This document shows positions 1-12,297 of a stretch of 32,000 bases of DNA, in pieces. The DNA is from Candidatus Saccharimonadota bacterium. Lineage in GTDB: Bacteria; Pseudomonadota; Alphaproteobacteria; CAJXXZ01; 1604HC. A program made the translations under genes and the position numbers. The stretch covers positions 120,001 to 152,000 of the forward strand of contig NZ_CP043314.1 of the NCBI RefSeq assembly GCF_008189525.1, written 5' to 3'. How positions within the stretch are numbered: position 1 is the first letter of the stretch; every line of letters starts with the position of its first letter. The notes beneath the pieces were generated by a model. It was given only the letters and a program-made list of their open reading frames with translations. It ran no database searches and was not told the origin of the DNA.

Positions 1-1196
1 CCATCCATTATTTTTTCTACTTGACCAGATTCATGCCCTGTCCTTAGATCTTTGACCATTCTGTAAGGATGCATAACATAAGATCTGATTTGGCTACCCC
101 ATGAATTATCTTTTTTCTTCGCTGAATTTTCTGAAGCTTCTTTCTCAGCTTTTTCTTTTTCATGTGCATATAGTTTAGACTTTAGCATTTGCATTGCCTC
201 TGCTTTGTTTCTATGCTGTGATCTGTCGTTTTGACATTGCACTACTATTCCGCTTTCTATATGTGTTATACGAACTGCACTGTCAGTTTTGTTTACGTGC
301 TGCCCTCCTGCTCCAGATGCTCTGTAAGTATCTATTCTTATATCTTTATCTTCTATTTCTATGTTTATTTCTTGGTTTATAACTGGAGTTACCCATACAG
401 AAGCAAAGCTTGTATGTCTTCTGCTATTTGAGTCAAATGGAGATATCCTGACTAACCTATGTACCCCTGACTCTCCTTTCGTCCATCCATATGGAAAGGA
501 GTTTTCATTAGATGATACTTTTATTTCTGCAGATTTTACTCCAGCTTCTTCACCTTTTTGTTCATGCAGTATTTCTGCTTTGAAATTATTTTTTTCAAAA
601 AATCTCAGATACATTCTCATCAGCATTTCAGTCCAATCTTGTGCTTCTGTTCCTCCTGCTCCTGAGTTAAGAGAAACAAAACAATCTAACTTGTCTACCT
701 GTTCTGAAAATAGCAAATTTACATAAAAAGGCTTTAGCTGTTCTAAAAGTTCATTAGATTCTATTGCTGCATCTTCCATAAACTCAGGAATTTGTGTCAT
801 TTCTTTTATATTTATATACTGTTCTGAGAAATGTTTTATAGATCCTACCATTTCATTTGTCTGGCTATGTTCTTTTAATATTTGCTGTGCTTTTTCTTTA
901 TCATCCCATAAGTTTGGATTTTCCACTTCTTTGCTCAGTTCTAGTAATTTGTTTTCTAAATCTAGTTTTTTAAGATTATCTTGGAGTAAGTTGATATATT
1001 TTTCTATTTTACTAAAAATTGCATTAATGTTTTCTGAATGTACAGAATTGCTTGTATTATTCTTGCTTGTGTTGTTCTTGTTAGAATCATTGACATTCTT
1101 TTGATTGTCGCTAATATTCTTTGCTTTGTCAGAGTTTTTGTTATTGTTTTTTTTAATAGCTTTGTCATTTTCTAATTCATTATTAAGAATATTCAT
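1..1196 (-). CDS. prfB: Peptide chain release factor 2; 3' end runs off the window (398 codons visible); single uninterrupted frame
   Basis: Absent from the supplied ORF track because no stop lies inside the window. Hand translation of the minus strand from ATG 1196-1194 (in-frame TAG directly upstream at 1199-1197) gives RISPFDSNSRRHTSFASV (the SPF tripeptide diagnostic of RF2). It also gives YRASGAGGQHVNKTDSAVRITH..QCQNDRSQHRNK (GGQ motif) and SWGSQIRSYVMHPYRMVKDLRTG. I checked every in-frame triplet from 3 to 1196 and found no stop. Confidence 0.9.
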   Translation of the reverse strand, partial: MNILNNELENDKAIKKNNNKNSDKAKNISDNQKNVNDSNKNNTSKNNTSNSVHSENINAIFSKIEKYINLLQDNLKKLDLENKLLELSKEVENPNLWDDKEKAQQILKEHSQTNEMVGSIKHFSEQYINIKEMTQIPEFMEDAAIESNELLEQLKPFYVNLLFSEQVDKLDCFVSLNSGAGGTEAQDWTEMLMRMYLRFFEKNNFKAEILHEQKGEEAGVKSAEIKVSSNENSFPYGWTKGESGVHRLVRISPFDSNSRRHTSFASVWVTPVINQEINIEIEDKDIRIDTYRASGAGGQHVNKTDSAVRITHIESGIVVQCQNDRSQHRNKAEAMQMLKSKLYAHEKEKAEKEASENSAKKKDNSWGSQIRSYVMHPYRMVKDLRTGHESGQVEKIMD

Positions 1197-1237
1197 CTAC
1201 TTGTATTCTGAATTCATTTGTTAAAACTGTCAAATCA

Positions 1238-2263
1238 GTGTATAAATTACTCATGTGTAATTCTTATCCTAATGCCATTTATACAGATGTACTTGTGATT
1301 GGAGGGGGTCCAGTAGGATTGTTTAGCGTGTTTATGCTAGGTCAAGTAAAGTTAGATTCCATTTTAGTTGATTCTTTTGCAGAGCTTGGTGGGCAATGTA
1401 AAGCAGTATATCCAGCAAAATACATATATGATATTCCTGGATTCAGTAAAGTATTAGGTAAAGATTTAATAAAAGGATTAAAAGATCAAGCAGAATATTA
1501 CTCCAAAGAATTTATTTTAAGCAGTCCTGTTAAATCAGTAGAAAAAATAGGTGATGAGTTCTTCGCTAAAATAGGGGACAAAGTTATAAAATCTAAAGCA
1601 GTAGTTATATCAACTGGAGGAGGTTCTTTAAAGCACAAGAAGCCTAAAGTAGAAAATATAGATAAATTTGAGAAAGTTATATATAAGCTAGACAATTTAG
1701 AGCAATTCAGAGGAAAGAAAGTTGCTGTTATAGGTGGCGGAGATTCAGCTATGGATTGGATATGTGCTTTGTCTAAATATACATCTGACATATATGTTAT
1801 TCATAGAAGAAATTTTACTGCTAGGAACTTGTCCACCGTAGAGACAGTATACAATTTGGTAAAAAGAAATGTATGTAAAATATTCACTCCTTGCGAAGTG
1901 GTTGATTTGAAGGAAAAAAATAACTTTAAGGATATAGATTATGTTTCTATAAAAAACAGAGAAACAGGTGAAATAAAAGAAATAGAAATAGATTATCTTG
2001 TTCCTTGTTTTGGATTGGATAATAAAAATGATCTGCCTTACAACATAAATGGATTGGAAACTGAGTGTCACAAGATAGTTATAGACCCTAAGAATGGTTC
2101 TACTTCTGTAGATGGAATATATGCTGTAGGAGATGCAAGTTACTATAAAGGAAGACCGAACCTTATTGTTTGCGGTTTCAGTGAAGCAGCTCTATGTGCG
2201 TTTAATATCAGAGAAACTATTTTTAGTGACTCAGGATTTATTTACAAGCATAGAAATGATTAA
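1238..2263 (+). CDS. Ferredoxin-NADP(+) reductase, thioredoxin-reductase-like type (FENR family)
   Basis: 341-aa ORF. N-terminal FAD motif DVLVIGGGPVGLF, then GGQC..VYPAKYIYDIPGF typical of TrxR-like FNRs (YumC / Rickettsiales FENR). Second dinucleotide motif KKVAVIGGGDSAMDW, and C-terminal AVGDA. The track start is GTG 1238; ATG 1253 is an alternative start. Confidence 0.85.
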   Translation: MYKLLMCNSYPNAIYTDVLVIGGGPVGLFSVFMLGQVKLDSILVDSFAELGGQCKAVYPAKYIYDIPGFSKVLGKDLIKGLKDQAEYYSKEFILSSPVKSVEKIGDEFFAKIGDKVIKSKAVVISTGGGSLKHKKPKVENIDKFEKVIYKLDNLEQFRGKKVAVIGGGDSAMDWICALSKYTSDIYVIHRRNFTARNLSTVETVYNLVKRNVCKIFTPCEVVDLKEKNNFKDIDYVSIKNRETGEIKEIEIDYLVPCFGLDNKNDLPYNINGLETECHKIVIDPKNGSTSVDGIYAVGDASYYKGRPNLIVCGFSEAALCAFNIRETIFSDSGFIYKHRND

Positions 2264-2492
2264 TTTACTGCTGAATAACTGAATAGAAGCTATTTAATTA
2301 AAGAGGAATTATTTGTTTATATGAATTTGTTTGTATGAACATGAATCAAAATCAGTCAAGTTTGTTTTGAATATATATGTACATATATCTTTTACTTTAA
2401 TACGCATGGTTTAATTGATTCAATAAGTAGTATAATTTATTAAGTTATGTTCTATCAATTGTAATATTCGATAAATCATATACTTTTAAAAA

Positions 2493-3173
2493 CTAGAATA
2501 AAGATTTTTTGTTGGATTCCAGTTGTTGTTTGAAGATCCTAGGTTTGAATATTAATTTTTGATACATGTCTTTGCTTAAATTAAATTCCTTAGCTTCTTC
2601 GGTTGACAATGGGACTATTTTCTTTGATTTTATAAAATTATATGAAGACTTCATTACAGGCCTAATAAATGTAACTATTTTTTTGGCATGACCATATTTT
2701 ATAGCTATTTCTTTGAACATTCTTTCTTTTACATAATCATTGCTAAATACAAATTGTAGTAAGAATAAATATGTGCTTGGAACTTTTTCTTTTTTACTAG
2801 GTTTTATTTTCTCAACAAAAGCAGAGTATCCAACAATGTTTCCATCTTTTATGACAGCTAAATGATTAATATTCTCTTGTTTACTAAAATCGAAAAAGGC
2901 AACACTTTTATCAAAGCTACTTGATAGAAATTCATATAAGTTTTGTAATCCAAATGAATCTTTGAAGTCTTCATATTTTAATAGATAGAATTTAATAAAC
3001 ATATCTTTTGTCGCTAAATAATGAAAATGTCCTTTTGGATTGAAAATGAACTTATATTCTTTTTCTGAAAAACCGGCTTGTTTCTTTAAACTATTAGTCG
3101 GCTTTGCTTTAATATCTGATAAAAATGATAAAAATAAAATGCTAACGAGCATAGTAAAATTCACAATAGACAA
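2493..3173 (-). CDS. Hypothetical protein with N-terminal hydrophobic signal/anchor segment; no recognisable domain
   Basis: 226-aa ORF and the only long ORF in this interval. The N-terminus MSIVNFTMLVSILFLSFLSDIKAKP looks like a signal peptide or signal anchor. The remainder is Lys/Phe-rich with no motif I can assign. Confidence 0.5.
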   Translation of the reverse strand: MSIVNFTMLVSILFLSFLSDIKAKPTNSLKKQAGFSEKEYKFIFNPKGHFHYLATKDMFIKFYLLKYEDFKDSFGLQNLYEFLSSSFDKSVAFFDFSKQENINHLAVIKDGNIVGYSAFVEKIKPSKKEKVPSTYLFLLQFVFSNDYVKERMFKEIAIKYGHAKKIVTFIRPVMKSSYNFIKSKKIVPLSTEEAKEFNLSKDMYQKLIFKPRIFKQQLESNKKSLF

Positions 3174-3460
3174 TATATACCTTTATTTTTCTTTATGCAA
3201 ATGTAAATCATGAATATAAGTTATAATCATTTTATTATATGTTAATAGCTTAATTAATATTATATTTTCTTAGTACTGTTTAAATGTTTATAAGTTGAAA
3301 TTTTATACTTACTTAAAAATGATTTGTATTTATTTAGAAAGTTAAGATTTATATGTGTTCATGTTTGTTTATAGGGTTTGATTTTTTTTGAATGCAATAA
3401 AACTAATTTTTTTTAGATTTTTGTTACTTAAATTGTTTTTATGAGAAAATGTGTTTAAAA

Positions 3461-3532
3461 AGCGGGCGAAGGGATTCGAACCCTCGACCCCAACCATGGC
3501 AAGGTTGTGCTCTACCACTGAGCTACGCCCGC
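3461..3532 (-). tRNA. tRNA-Gly (anticodon GCC), CCA not encoded
   Basis: The reverse complement reads GCGGGCGTAGCTCAGTGGTAGAGCACAACCTTGCCATGGTTGGGGTCGAGGGTTCGAATCCCTTCGCCCGCT. It has a 7-bp acceptor stem GCGGGCG/CGCCCGC, D-loop AGCTCAGTGGTAGAGC, anticodon stem CAACC/GGTTG with loop TTGCCAT, and T-arm GGTTCGAATCC. It is a local GC-rich island in AT-rich spacer. Confidence 0.95.
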
Positions 3533-3645
3533 TTGATAATTATTTGTACCATATAAAAATTATAATAGAAATATTCTAGATTGGGTTAGAATTTTGATGA
3601 ACTTGATGTTGTTTAATTAATATACAATATATATAATTTGTGTTA

Positions 3646-4167
3646 ATGAAATTTGACTATGGTTTTTTGAAAAACTTAAACAAAAGTTGTGTAGATGAAT
3701 TTGCAAAGTATGTAGAGATCATTTTCTTTCTTAGAAGAGAGAAACCCAGCATTTGGCATAAGATGTATAAAGCTAACGCTGAGGAAACCACTTTATCTTT
3801 TTCAAAGGAATTTAATGATTTTTATATGTTGGCAAAAAACAATTTGTCTTGGTTAAAGTTTAATGATTTTTTGAACAATCTTTATAAGGTTTGCAAGAAT
3901 TCTCGTGAAAAAAAAGTATACAAATTTTCTGTTGCAAGTAGTTCAGGTTATGAGATTCTGAAAGATTTTTTATTATCTGAATTTAAGGATATTAACTTCA
4001 AAATAAACTTAAAACCTTCTATTTTAGGTGGATTCATAATTGAGAATAATTATGAAAGAATTGATTTTTCTTGTGTTAGTAAGCTTAAAAAAATATTGCA
4101 AAATGAAAATAGCTTAAGAGAAGCTAAGAATGAGTGTGCTGGAATAAGCTCAAGGAGTATTGTATGA
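3646..4167 (+). CDS. atpH: F1 ATP synthase subunit delta (OSCP), divergent
   Basis: Lies immediately upstream of atpA, and its TGA stop overlaps the atpA ATG (ATGA at 4164-4167). The C-terminal ILGGFIIENNYERIDFSCVSKLKKI matches the conserved delta C-terminus (GG-hydrophobic...ID-S). ATG 3646 is preferred over the track's GTG 3640. Confidence 0.75.
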   Translation: MKFDYGFLKNLNKSCVDEFAKYVEIIFFLRREKPSIWHKMYKANAEETTLSFSKEFNDFYMLAKNNLSWLKFNDFLNNLYKVCKNSREKKVYKFSVASSSGYEILKDFLLSEFKDINFKINLKPSILGGFIIENNYERIDFSCVSKLKKILQNENSLREAKNECAGISSRSIV

Positions 4168-5690
4168 ATAAATTGAATATTGAATCTTTAGTGGAAGAAA
4201 TAGAATCTAAAATCAAAAACTCGAAAGAAGCAGAAAATATAAAGTCTGAAGAAATAGGATATGTTGAAGAAATATCTGATGGAATAGCTATAGTATCTGG
4301 TCTGAATAACGCAGTGTACGGAGATTTGGTAAAATTTTCCAACAATCAAAAAGGTTGGATAGTAGAGCTACTTGAGAATTATATAAAATGTGTTGTGTTG
4401 GATTCAGATCCCAAAGTAAAAGTTGGAATGACACTAAAATCTGAAGAAATGCCTATAAGCACAATGGTTGGAAAGGCACTTTTGGGTAGAGTTGTTAATG
4501 CTTTAGGAGAACCATTGGATGGAAAAGGTGTAATAAAATCTGAATTTCATAGAAATGTCATGTCTGAAGCTCCTGGAATAATGGATAGAAAAAATGTAAA
4601 TGAACCTTTGTATACAGGAATAAAAGCAATAGATACATTGATACCCATAGGATTAGGGCAGAGAGAGCTTATATTGGGAGATAGAACCACTGGTAAAACT
4701 TCTATAGCAATAGACACTATACTGAACCAAAAAAGAAGGCATGAAGAAGGAAATACAATTTATTGCGTTTATGTTTGCATAGGAAAGAAAATGTCTGAAG
4801 TTGCTAAAATGGTCTCTTACCTTGAATCTCAGGGAGCTATGGAATATACAACATTTGTAGTTGCTTCTGCAGCGGATGCAGGTATGTTACAGTATTTAGC
4901 TCCTTATGTAGGTTGCTCAATAGGAGAGTACTACAGAGATAATGGTGAAAATTCACTTATTGTATATGATGACTTGTCTAAACATGCGATAGCACACAGG
5001 CAAATGTCATTGCTACTTAGAAGGTTTCCAGGCAGAGAAGCATATCCTGGTGATGTGTTTTTCGTCCATGCAAATTTGCTAGAAAGAGCTGCTTGTATGA
5101 GTGATGAAAATGGAGGAGGATCCCTTACTGCATTGCCTATTATAGAAACATTAGCTGGAAATATATCTTCTTACATATCAACAAACGTAATTTCTATAAC
5201 TGATGGTCAGATTTTCTTGGATAAAAATCTTTTCCTTTCTGGGCAAAGACCTGCAATTAATACTGGAGTTTCTGTAAGCAGAGTAGGAAGCTCAGCTCAA
5301 ACTAAAGCTATGACAAAAGTTGCTGGAATGATGAAATTAGAACTATCTCAGTATGCTGAGTTAAAGGAATTTTCTAGGTACTTAACTGATATTGATGAAT
5401 CTACCTCTAGAATATTAAACAGAGGAGATGCTGTAACAAGAATCTTAAGACAAGATTTGCATGAGCTTCTGACATTTGAAGAGGAAATAATAGTGATCTT
5501 TGGGTGTAATTTAGGGTGTTTTGATAAATATGATGACAAAACTATTAAAAAAATGGAAAAGAAGTTTTTAGAAGTTTTTTGGTCTAAGCATCCTGAAGTC
5601 GTTTCTGAGCTAAAAGAAAATAAAGTTATTACAGAAGATATGAGTAAGAAAATTAAAGATTTTGCAACCTATTTTAGAGAGAATTTCTAG
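4164..5690 (+). CDS. atpA: F1 ATP synthase subunit alpha
   Basis: Walker A GDRTTGKTSIAIDTILNQ, plus LIVYDDLSKHAIAHRQMSLLLRRFPGREAYPGDVFFVHANLLERAA and ITDGQIFL. ATG 4164 (MNKLNIESL) is in frame with the track's GTG 4134 and overlaps the atpH stop, so it is the preferred start. Confidence 0.97.
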   Translation: MNKLNIESLVEEIESKIKNSKEAENIKSEEIGYVEEISDGIAIVSGLNNAVYGDLVKFSNNQKGWIVELLENYIKCVVLDSDPKVKVGMTLKSEEMPISTMVGKALLGRVVNALGEPLDGKGVIKSEFHRNVMSEAPGIMDRKNVNEPLYTGIKAIDTLIPIGLGQRELILGDRTTGKTSIAIDTILNQKRRHEEGNTIYCVYVCIGKKMSEVAKMVSYLESQGAMEYTTFVVASAADAGMLQYLAPYVGCSIGEYYRDNGENSLIVYDDLSKHAIAHRQMSLLLRRFPGREAYPGDVFFVHANLLERAACMSDENGGGSLTALPIIETLAGNISSYISTNVISITDGQIFLDKNLFLSGQRPAINTGVSVSRVGSSAQTKAMTKVAGMMKLELSQYAELKEFSRYLTDIDESTSRILNRGDAVTRILRQDLHELLTFEEEIIVIFGCNLGCFDKYDDKTIKKMEKKFLEVFWSKHPEVVSELKENKVITEDMSKKIKDFATYFRENF

Positions 5691-5692
5691 AA

Positions 5693-7922
<2,230 letters not shown>

Positions 7923-8016
7923 AGATGAAAATGACCTCTTTTTTTAATATAAATTTTGATATAAAAACCATTAAAGTTATGGCTAAATATAATGAAGGAA
8001 TAATTAAAAGTTAATT

Positions 8017-8379
8017 ATGTTTTTGAAAATCATTTATGGCTCTAATTCTATAATTTATGACAAAGTTTCTGTTGTTGGATTTGAAGATTCTGATGGTCTT
8101 AGATGTATATTTGATTTTGCTTCTGATTTCTGTTCCGTTATTAATTCTGGAAGTGTTTTTTTTATTTCAGCAGAATCTGACTTTTTAGTAAAAGTAGGCA
8201 TATCATCTATATCAAAAAAAGATGAAAAAATTACTATAGTTTCTGATTATGTGAACTTGCTTGAAAATAATAAAATCAGCGAAATAAAAAATCAATTAAT
8301 GGAAAGTTACAAAACAAACTGGGATAAAGAAAACTGGTTCAAAGAAAACAAAGAAAAAATAAATGCAATCTTGGGTTGA
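8017..8379 (+). CDS. atpC: F1 ATP synthase subunit epsilon (divergent)
   Basis: 120-aa ORF directly after atpD. Its size and beta-sandwich-like N-terminal pattern (V.VVGFEDSDGLRCIFDFASDFCSVINSGSVFF...KITIVSDYV) are consistent with epsilon. The assignment rests mainly on operon position. Confidence 0.7.
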   Translation: MFLKIIYGSNSIIYDKVSVVGFEDSDGLRCIFDFASDFCSVINSGSVFFISAESDFLVKVGISSISKKDEKITIVSDYVNLLENNKISEIKNQLMESYKTNWDKENWFKENKEKINAILG

Positions 8380-10102
8380 TGAAATAAAAGGAAAAGTTAG
8401 AATATCAGAAGTTATTAGGAGATATGTTTCTAATATAAAAATTTCTGGAGACAGGATGTATATTGCTTGTCCATTTCATAACGAAAAAACACCTTCTTGT
8501 GTGGTTAGTGATGAGAGAGGAACTTTTCATTGCTTTGGGTGTGGAGAAAGTGGAGATTCTATAAGTTTTGTACAAAAAATAGAGAAAATAGACTTCAAAG
8601 AATCTTGTAAAAAAATAGCATCTTGGTATGGAATAAACTTAGTTTCTAATAAATTTGAAAAGAAAGATAAAAATGTAGATGTTTTTCATAAAATAAACAA
8701 CTGGTTTAAAGAAAATCTACACAACAACTTACAAGCTTATAAATATTTGAAAAGTAGGAATGTAGATTTAGATTTAATAAAAAATTTTGAATTAGGTTGG
8801 ATACCTAGCTTTAAGGAAGTAAAAAGTTTTTGTAAGTCTGAGAATATTGGGGATTTTGAGCTCAATGAGATAGGCTTTAAGGAAGGCATTTTAAAAGCTT
8901 TCCAAAACAGAATATCTTTTCCTATATTTTCTTCTAAGAATGTAATAGGTTTTGGAGCTAGATATATACCAAGTCACTATGAAGGATCTGGATCTGGTTT
9001 TGATAATAGCTCAACCAATCTAGAAAAAAAGCGCAGTTTTATTGGTGCAGAAAATGTAAAATCATTTAGTAAGAATGATGCAAATGCGTTTGTTAGACCA
9101 AAGTATATAAACAGCCCTGAGACTAAGTATTTCAAGAAATCTAAAAATTTTTACGGATTGAATCAAATTAAGAAATTTCAGCCAATAGCTCTAGTAGAAG
9201 GTTATATGGATGTTATAACAATGAGCAAGCGCTCTGGAAATGCTCTTGCTTGCTTAGGCACTTCTGTTTCTGATGATCATATAAATATGCTAAAAAACTT
9301 TACTAATGAAGTGATTATTTGTATGGATGGTGATGAGGCTGGAAACAAAGCCACCAAAAGAATTTTAGAGAAAGTTATGTGTCATATCGATGGTAGGTTG
9401 AGGTTTTATGTATTTAGATTTCCTGAAAATGAAGATCCTGATAGCTTTATGAATTCAAATGAAAATGGTTGGAAAAAAATATTAGAATCTAAGGAAGATT
9501 TTATTTCTTCTGTGTGGAGACTTTTTATGATCAAAAGAGATTCTCCAGAAGAGTATTACAATGATTTTAAGATGCTTATGAATCTTGTAAAAAAAATACC
9601 TGATCAGGAATTAAGAAAGATATATGCATCTAAGTGGAAAAATATATGGAGTAAAGAAATGTACGAAAATAATTCTAGGCAGGAAAGTTATAAGAATTCT
9701 TATGGAGGTTATAATTCTGGCAAAAGAAGTAAGTATGACAAATCTGAGTTTTCGAGCGGATTGAAAAACAAAACAGCACCTAACTTAGGTTTGGTTTATG
9801 AAAAAGCTCTTATTTCCATTGTGCTAAGATTTCCTGAGGTTTTCGATCATATAGAAGAAGAGTTTCTTGACGTTGCATTCTCTAATGAAATGAAAATCAT
9901 GAAGGAATCTATAATTGACTGGATTCGTGGTGGTAAAGATGTTGACTTCTTCACAAAAAAAGGTTTGGATAGTGTAGTAGATGATTGTGTCTCTGATAAG
10001 ATAACTCAAATATTACCATTCATGAATTATAAACAATTCGATGAGAAAATAATTGAATCTTGGAGATTTATATATAAACAAATGAAAGCAAGGAATAAGT
10101 AA
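8363..10102 (+). CDS. dnaG: DNA primase
   Basis: Zinc-ribbon [35 protein letters not shown] and Toprim motifs [11 protein letters not shown] and [13 protein letters not shown]. Overlaps atpC by 17 nt, and its stop overlaps the rpoD ATG (TAATG). Confidence 0.93.
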   Translation: MQSWVDEIKGKVRISEVIRRYVSNIKISGDRMYIACPFHNEKTPSCVVSDERGTFHCFGCGESGDSISFVQKIEKIDFKESCKKIASWYGINLVSNKFEKKDKNVDVFHKINNWFKENLHNNLQAYKYLKSRNVDLDLIKNFELGWIPSFKEVKSFCKSENIGDFELNEIGFKEGILKAFQNRISFPIFSSKNVIGFGARYIPSHYEGSGSGFDNSSTNLEKKRSFIGAENVKSFSKNDANAFVRPKYINSPETKYFKKSKNFYGLNQIKKFQPIALVEGYMDVITMSKRSGNALACLGTSVSDDHINMLKNFTNEVIICMDGDEAGNKATKRILEKVMCHIDGRLRFYVFRFPENEDPDSFMNSNENGWKKILESKEDFISSVWRLFMIKRDSPEEYYNDFKMLMNLVKKIPDQELRKIYASKWKNIWSKEMYENNSRQESYKNSYGGYNSGKRSKYDKSEFSSGLKNKTAPNLGLVYEKALISIVLRFPEVFDHIEEEFLDVAFSNEMKIMKESIIDWIRGGKDVDFFTKKGLDSVVDDCVSDKITQILPFMNYKQFDEKIIESWRFIYKQMKARNK

Positions 10103-11859
10103 TGTCAAAAGAAACAGAAGACAAAGTTGTAAAAGATTCAAGTTCTTATAATTTTGATGAAATAGTTGAAGCTGAAGATAAGAGTTCTAATTTCTCTTTT
10201 AGTGATGACCCTGTAAGAATGTACCTTAGAGAGATGGGAAATGTTCCTTTGCTTTCAAGAAATGAAGAAATAGAAGTAGCTAAGGCTATAGAAGATGGAA
10301 AGAAAATAATGATTGATTCTGTCTGTGAAATGCCTGTTACTATATTAAGAATCATGGATTGGTTTGGAAAAGTAAAAGAAAAATCTATGGATATGTCAGA
10401 TTTTATAGATGCTGAGTATCCTGATGATGGAACTGGTGCTTGCTTCGCTTTTGATGAAGATGAAGACGAAAGTTATGAAGAATTAGAAAAGAAAATACTT
10501 GAACTTGAAGGTTTGTACAAAGATTTTAATGACTTAAGGCTTAAAATAAAAGAAGAAAGAAGAAAAGGCATAGAAGATCAGGATCAGAAAGAAAAAAATT
10601 CTAAGAACGAAAAAACAACTGCCCCTGAAAATTCAAAAGATGACCTGAGCTTGCTTAAATCTAAGTCAGATAAGAAGATTGCAAAGCTTTTGGATAAATA
10701 CAAAGATTCTCATGAAAAAATTATTTCAAAGATAAACGACCTTTCTATAAGTTATTTCTGCATAGATAAGCTTATTAACGAAGTTTATTCTCTAAAGAAA
10801 GCTATACAAAAAATAGAATCCGATCTTATTAAAGAAATAGAATCAAAGGGAATAAATAGAATTTCTTTTATCAATTATCTGAATATTTTCTATAAAGGAA
10901 AAAGAAATAATTACTTTAATGATAGTAGTATTAATAAGGATACTGCTAAAGAAAAGAAAAACGAATCAAAGCTGAGCTTAGATGTTATTAAAAAAATAGA
11001 AGAGCACAAACCTACGATAGATGATTATATGTCAAACGCTCAAGAAATAATTAATCCTCTAAATATGGATCTTGGTGAATTCGATAGGGTTGTGAAGGAC
11101 ATGAAGGCTGGTGAGCAGAAAATGTCTAAAAACAAAGAAACTATGGTTTCTGCAAACTTAAGATTAGTTATTTCTATTGCTAAAAAATATACAAATAGAG
11201 GGTTGAACTTCTTAGACTTGATACAAGAAGGTAATATAGGTCTGATGAAAGCTGTAGATAAATTTGAATACCAAAGAGGTTACAAGTTTTCTACTTATGC
11301 TACATGGTGGATCAGGCAGGCAATTACTAGAGCTATAGCTGATCAGGCAAGAACAATACGTATTCCTGTGCATATGATAGAGACAATAAATAAAGTTGTT
11401 CGTACATCTAGGAAATTATTGCATGAGCATGGTAAAGAGCCCTCTCCAGAGGAAATTGCCAAAGAAATTGGAATGCCGGTAGATAAAGTTGTGAAGGTTT
11501 TGAAAATATCTAAAGAGCCAGTAAGCTTAGAAATGCCTGTTGGTAGTGGAGAAGATGGGCAGCTCGGTGATTTCATTGAAGATAAAAAAGCAGTTTCTCC
11601 TTTTGATATAATGGTTCAAAACAGTTTAAAGAGCGCGATAGAAAAAGCATTTTCTACTCTTCTTACAAGCAGAGAAGAAAGATTACTAAGATATAGATTC
11701 GGATTAGGTACAAAGAGTGACCATACTTTGGAAGAAGTTGGAAAGATATTTAATGTAACCAGAGAAAGAATTAGACAGATAGAAGCAAAAGCAATGCGTA
11801 AGTTATCGAAGTCAAAAGAATTGATTTCATTTTTGTCAGGAATTAAAACCAAGTTCTAA
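10102..11859 (+). CDS. rpoD: RNA polymerase primary sigma factor (sigma-70)
   Basis: Region 1.2 [27 protein letters not shown] and region 2 [75 protein letters not shown]. Region 4 [27 protein letters not shown] Lys/Glu-rich non-conserved insert lies between regions 1.2 and 2. Confidence 0.97.
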   Translation: MSKETEDKVVKDSSSYNFDEIVEAEDKSSNFSFSDDPVRMYLREMGNVPLLSRNEEIEVAKAIEDGKKIMIDSVCEMPVTILRIMDWFGKVKEKSMDMSDFIDAEYPDDGTGACFAFDEDEDESYEELEKKILELEGLYKDFNDLRLKIKEERRKGIEDQDQKEKNSKNEKTTAPENSKDDLSLLKSKSDKKIAKLLDKYKDSHEKIISKINDLSISYFCIDKLINEVYSLKKAIQKIESDLIKEIESKGINRISFINYLNIFYKGKRNNYFNDSSINKDTAKEKKNESKLSLDVIKKIEEHKPTIDDYMSNAQEIINPLNMDLGEFDRVVKDMKAGEQKMSKNKETMVSANLRLVISIAKKYTNRGLNFLDLIQEGNIGLMKAVDKFEYQRGYKFSTYATWWIRQAITRAIADQARTIRIPVHMIETINKVVRTSRKLLHEHGKEPSPEEIAKEIGMPVDKVVKVLKISKEPVSLEMPVGSGEDGQLGDFIEDKKAVSPFDIMVQNSLKSAIEKAFSTLLTSREERLLRYRFGLGTKSDHTLEEVGKIFNVTRERIRQIEAKAMRKLSKSKELISFLSGIKTKF

Positions 11860-12220
11860 AGAGATTTTTCTTTAGATTTGATATACTTTGTTGCTTTTCT
11901 AAGTAAGTAATAGTTGTCTTGAAGGTTTTGTTATGTTTTTTTATTTCGCTCTTCATTTTTCCTGAAAGTTTTGACCTGTTTTTTATAAAACATATGATTT
12001 TTGTTTGTTTTTTTATTGTGAATATTTTCTACCAAGCACTGCATTTTTTAAATTAGTTTTGTCGAAGTTTTTATAGTTAACTTTAAAGATAAATAATTTA
12101 ATTTTAGAATTTAATTTCAGATACTCCAATATTACAGGTAATATTTTAAGCAAACACACTTATAAATACACGTCTGTAGAATTCTTTCGAATTGTAATAA
12201 TCTACTTTTTTTAATCATAA

Positions 12221-12240
12221 TTCGCACAATATGTTAATTT
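12221..12240 (+). promoter_or_regulatory. Conserved upstream box of paralog A (TTCGCACAATATGTTAATTT); promoter or operator candidate
   Basis: The core AATATGTTAA (12228-12237) recurs in the same orientation 52-61 nt upstream of the start codon of all three paralogs. It is followed by a TATAAT-like element (TATAATTGC at 12252). Confidence 0.35.
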
Positions 12241-12297
12241 TACACCAAGCCTATAATTGCCCAGCAATTTATGTATACTGAGTTTTTAAGAGGTAAA

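Noticed and set aside
194-726. Plus-strand ORFs 194-382, 231-431 and 361-726 in the supplied track.
   Set aside because: They are antisense to a well-supported prfB reading frame and encode Leu/Phe/Cys-rich junk typical of the reverse strand of an AT-rich gene.
2373-2388. Perfect 16-nt palindrome ATATATGTACATATAT in the convergent fnr / hypothetical-gene spacer. I considered it as a bidirectional terminator or protein-binding site.
   Set aside because: It is almost pure A/T with a very weak stem and no flanking T-tract. Such palindromes arise easily in (AT)n-like sequence.
3237-3246. ATATGTTAAT, matching 9 of 10 positions of the paralog upstream box core, in the spacer upstream of the 226-aa gene.
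   Set aside because: It is in the wrong orientation relative to the adjacent minus-strand genes and lacks the flanking TTCA and downstream elements. It is probably a chance match in AT-rich DNA.
7925-8014. 29-codon ORF (MKMTSFFNINFDIKTIKVMAKYNEGIIKS) filling the atpD-atpC gap. I considered it as a frameshifted N-terminus of epsilon or a small protein.
   Set aside because: It shows no resemblance to the epsilon N-terminus. The 120-aa atpC ORF already starts with a plausible epsilon beta-strand pattern, and the ORF is too short and Lys/Asn/Ile-rich to support.
11856-11875. AT-rich hairpins after gene ends as candidate rho-independent terminators. These are CTAAAGA-N6-TCTTTAG overlapping the rpoD stop, TGGTAG-N7-CTACCA (15981-15999) and TAAGG-N7-CCTTA+ATTTT (16009-16030) after paralog B, and ACAGAT-N6-ATCTGT (18354-18371) and AGAACT-N9-AGTTCT (18438-18458) after paralog C.
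   Set aside because: The stems are only 5-7 bp with few G:C pairs, and most lack a proper U-tract. I cannot compute folding energies, so they are not reported as features.
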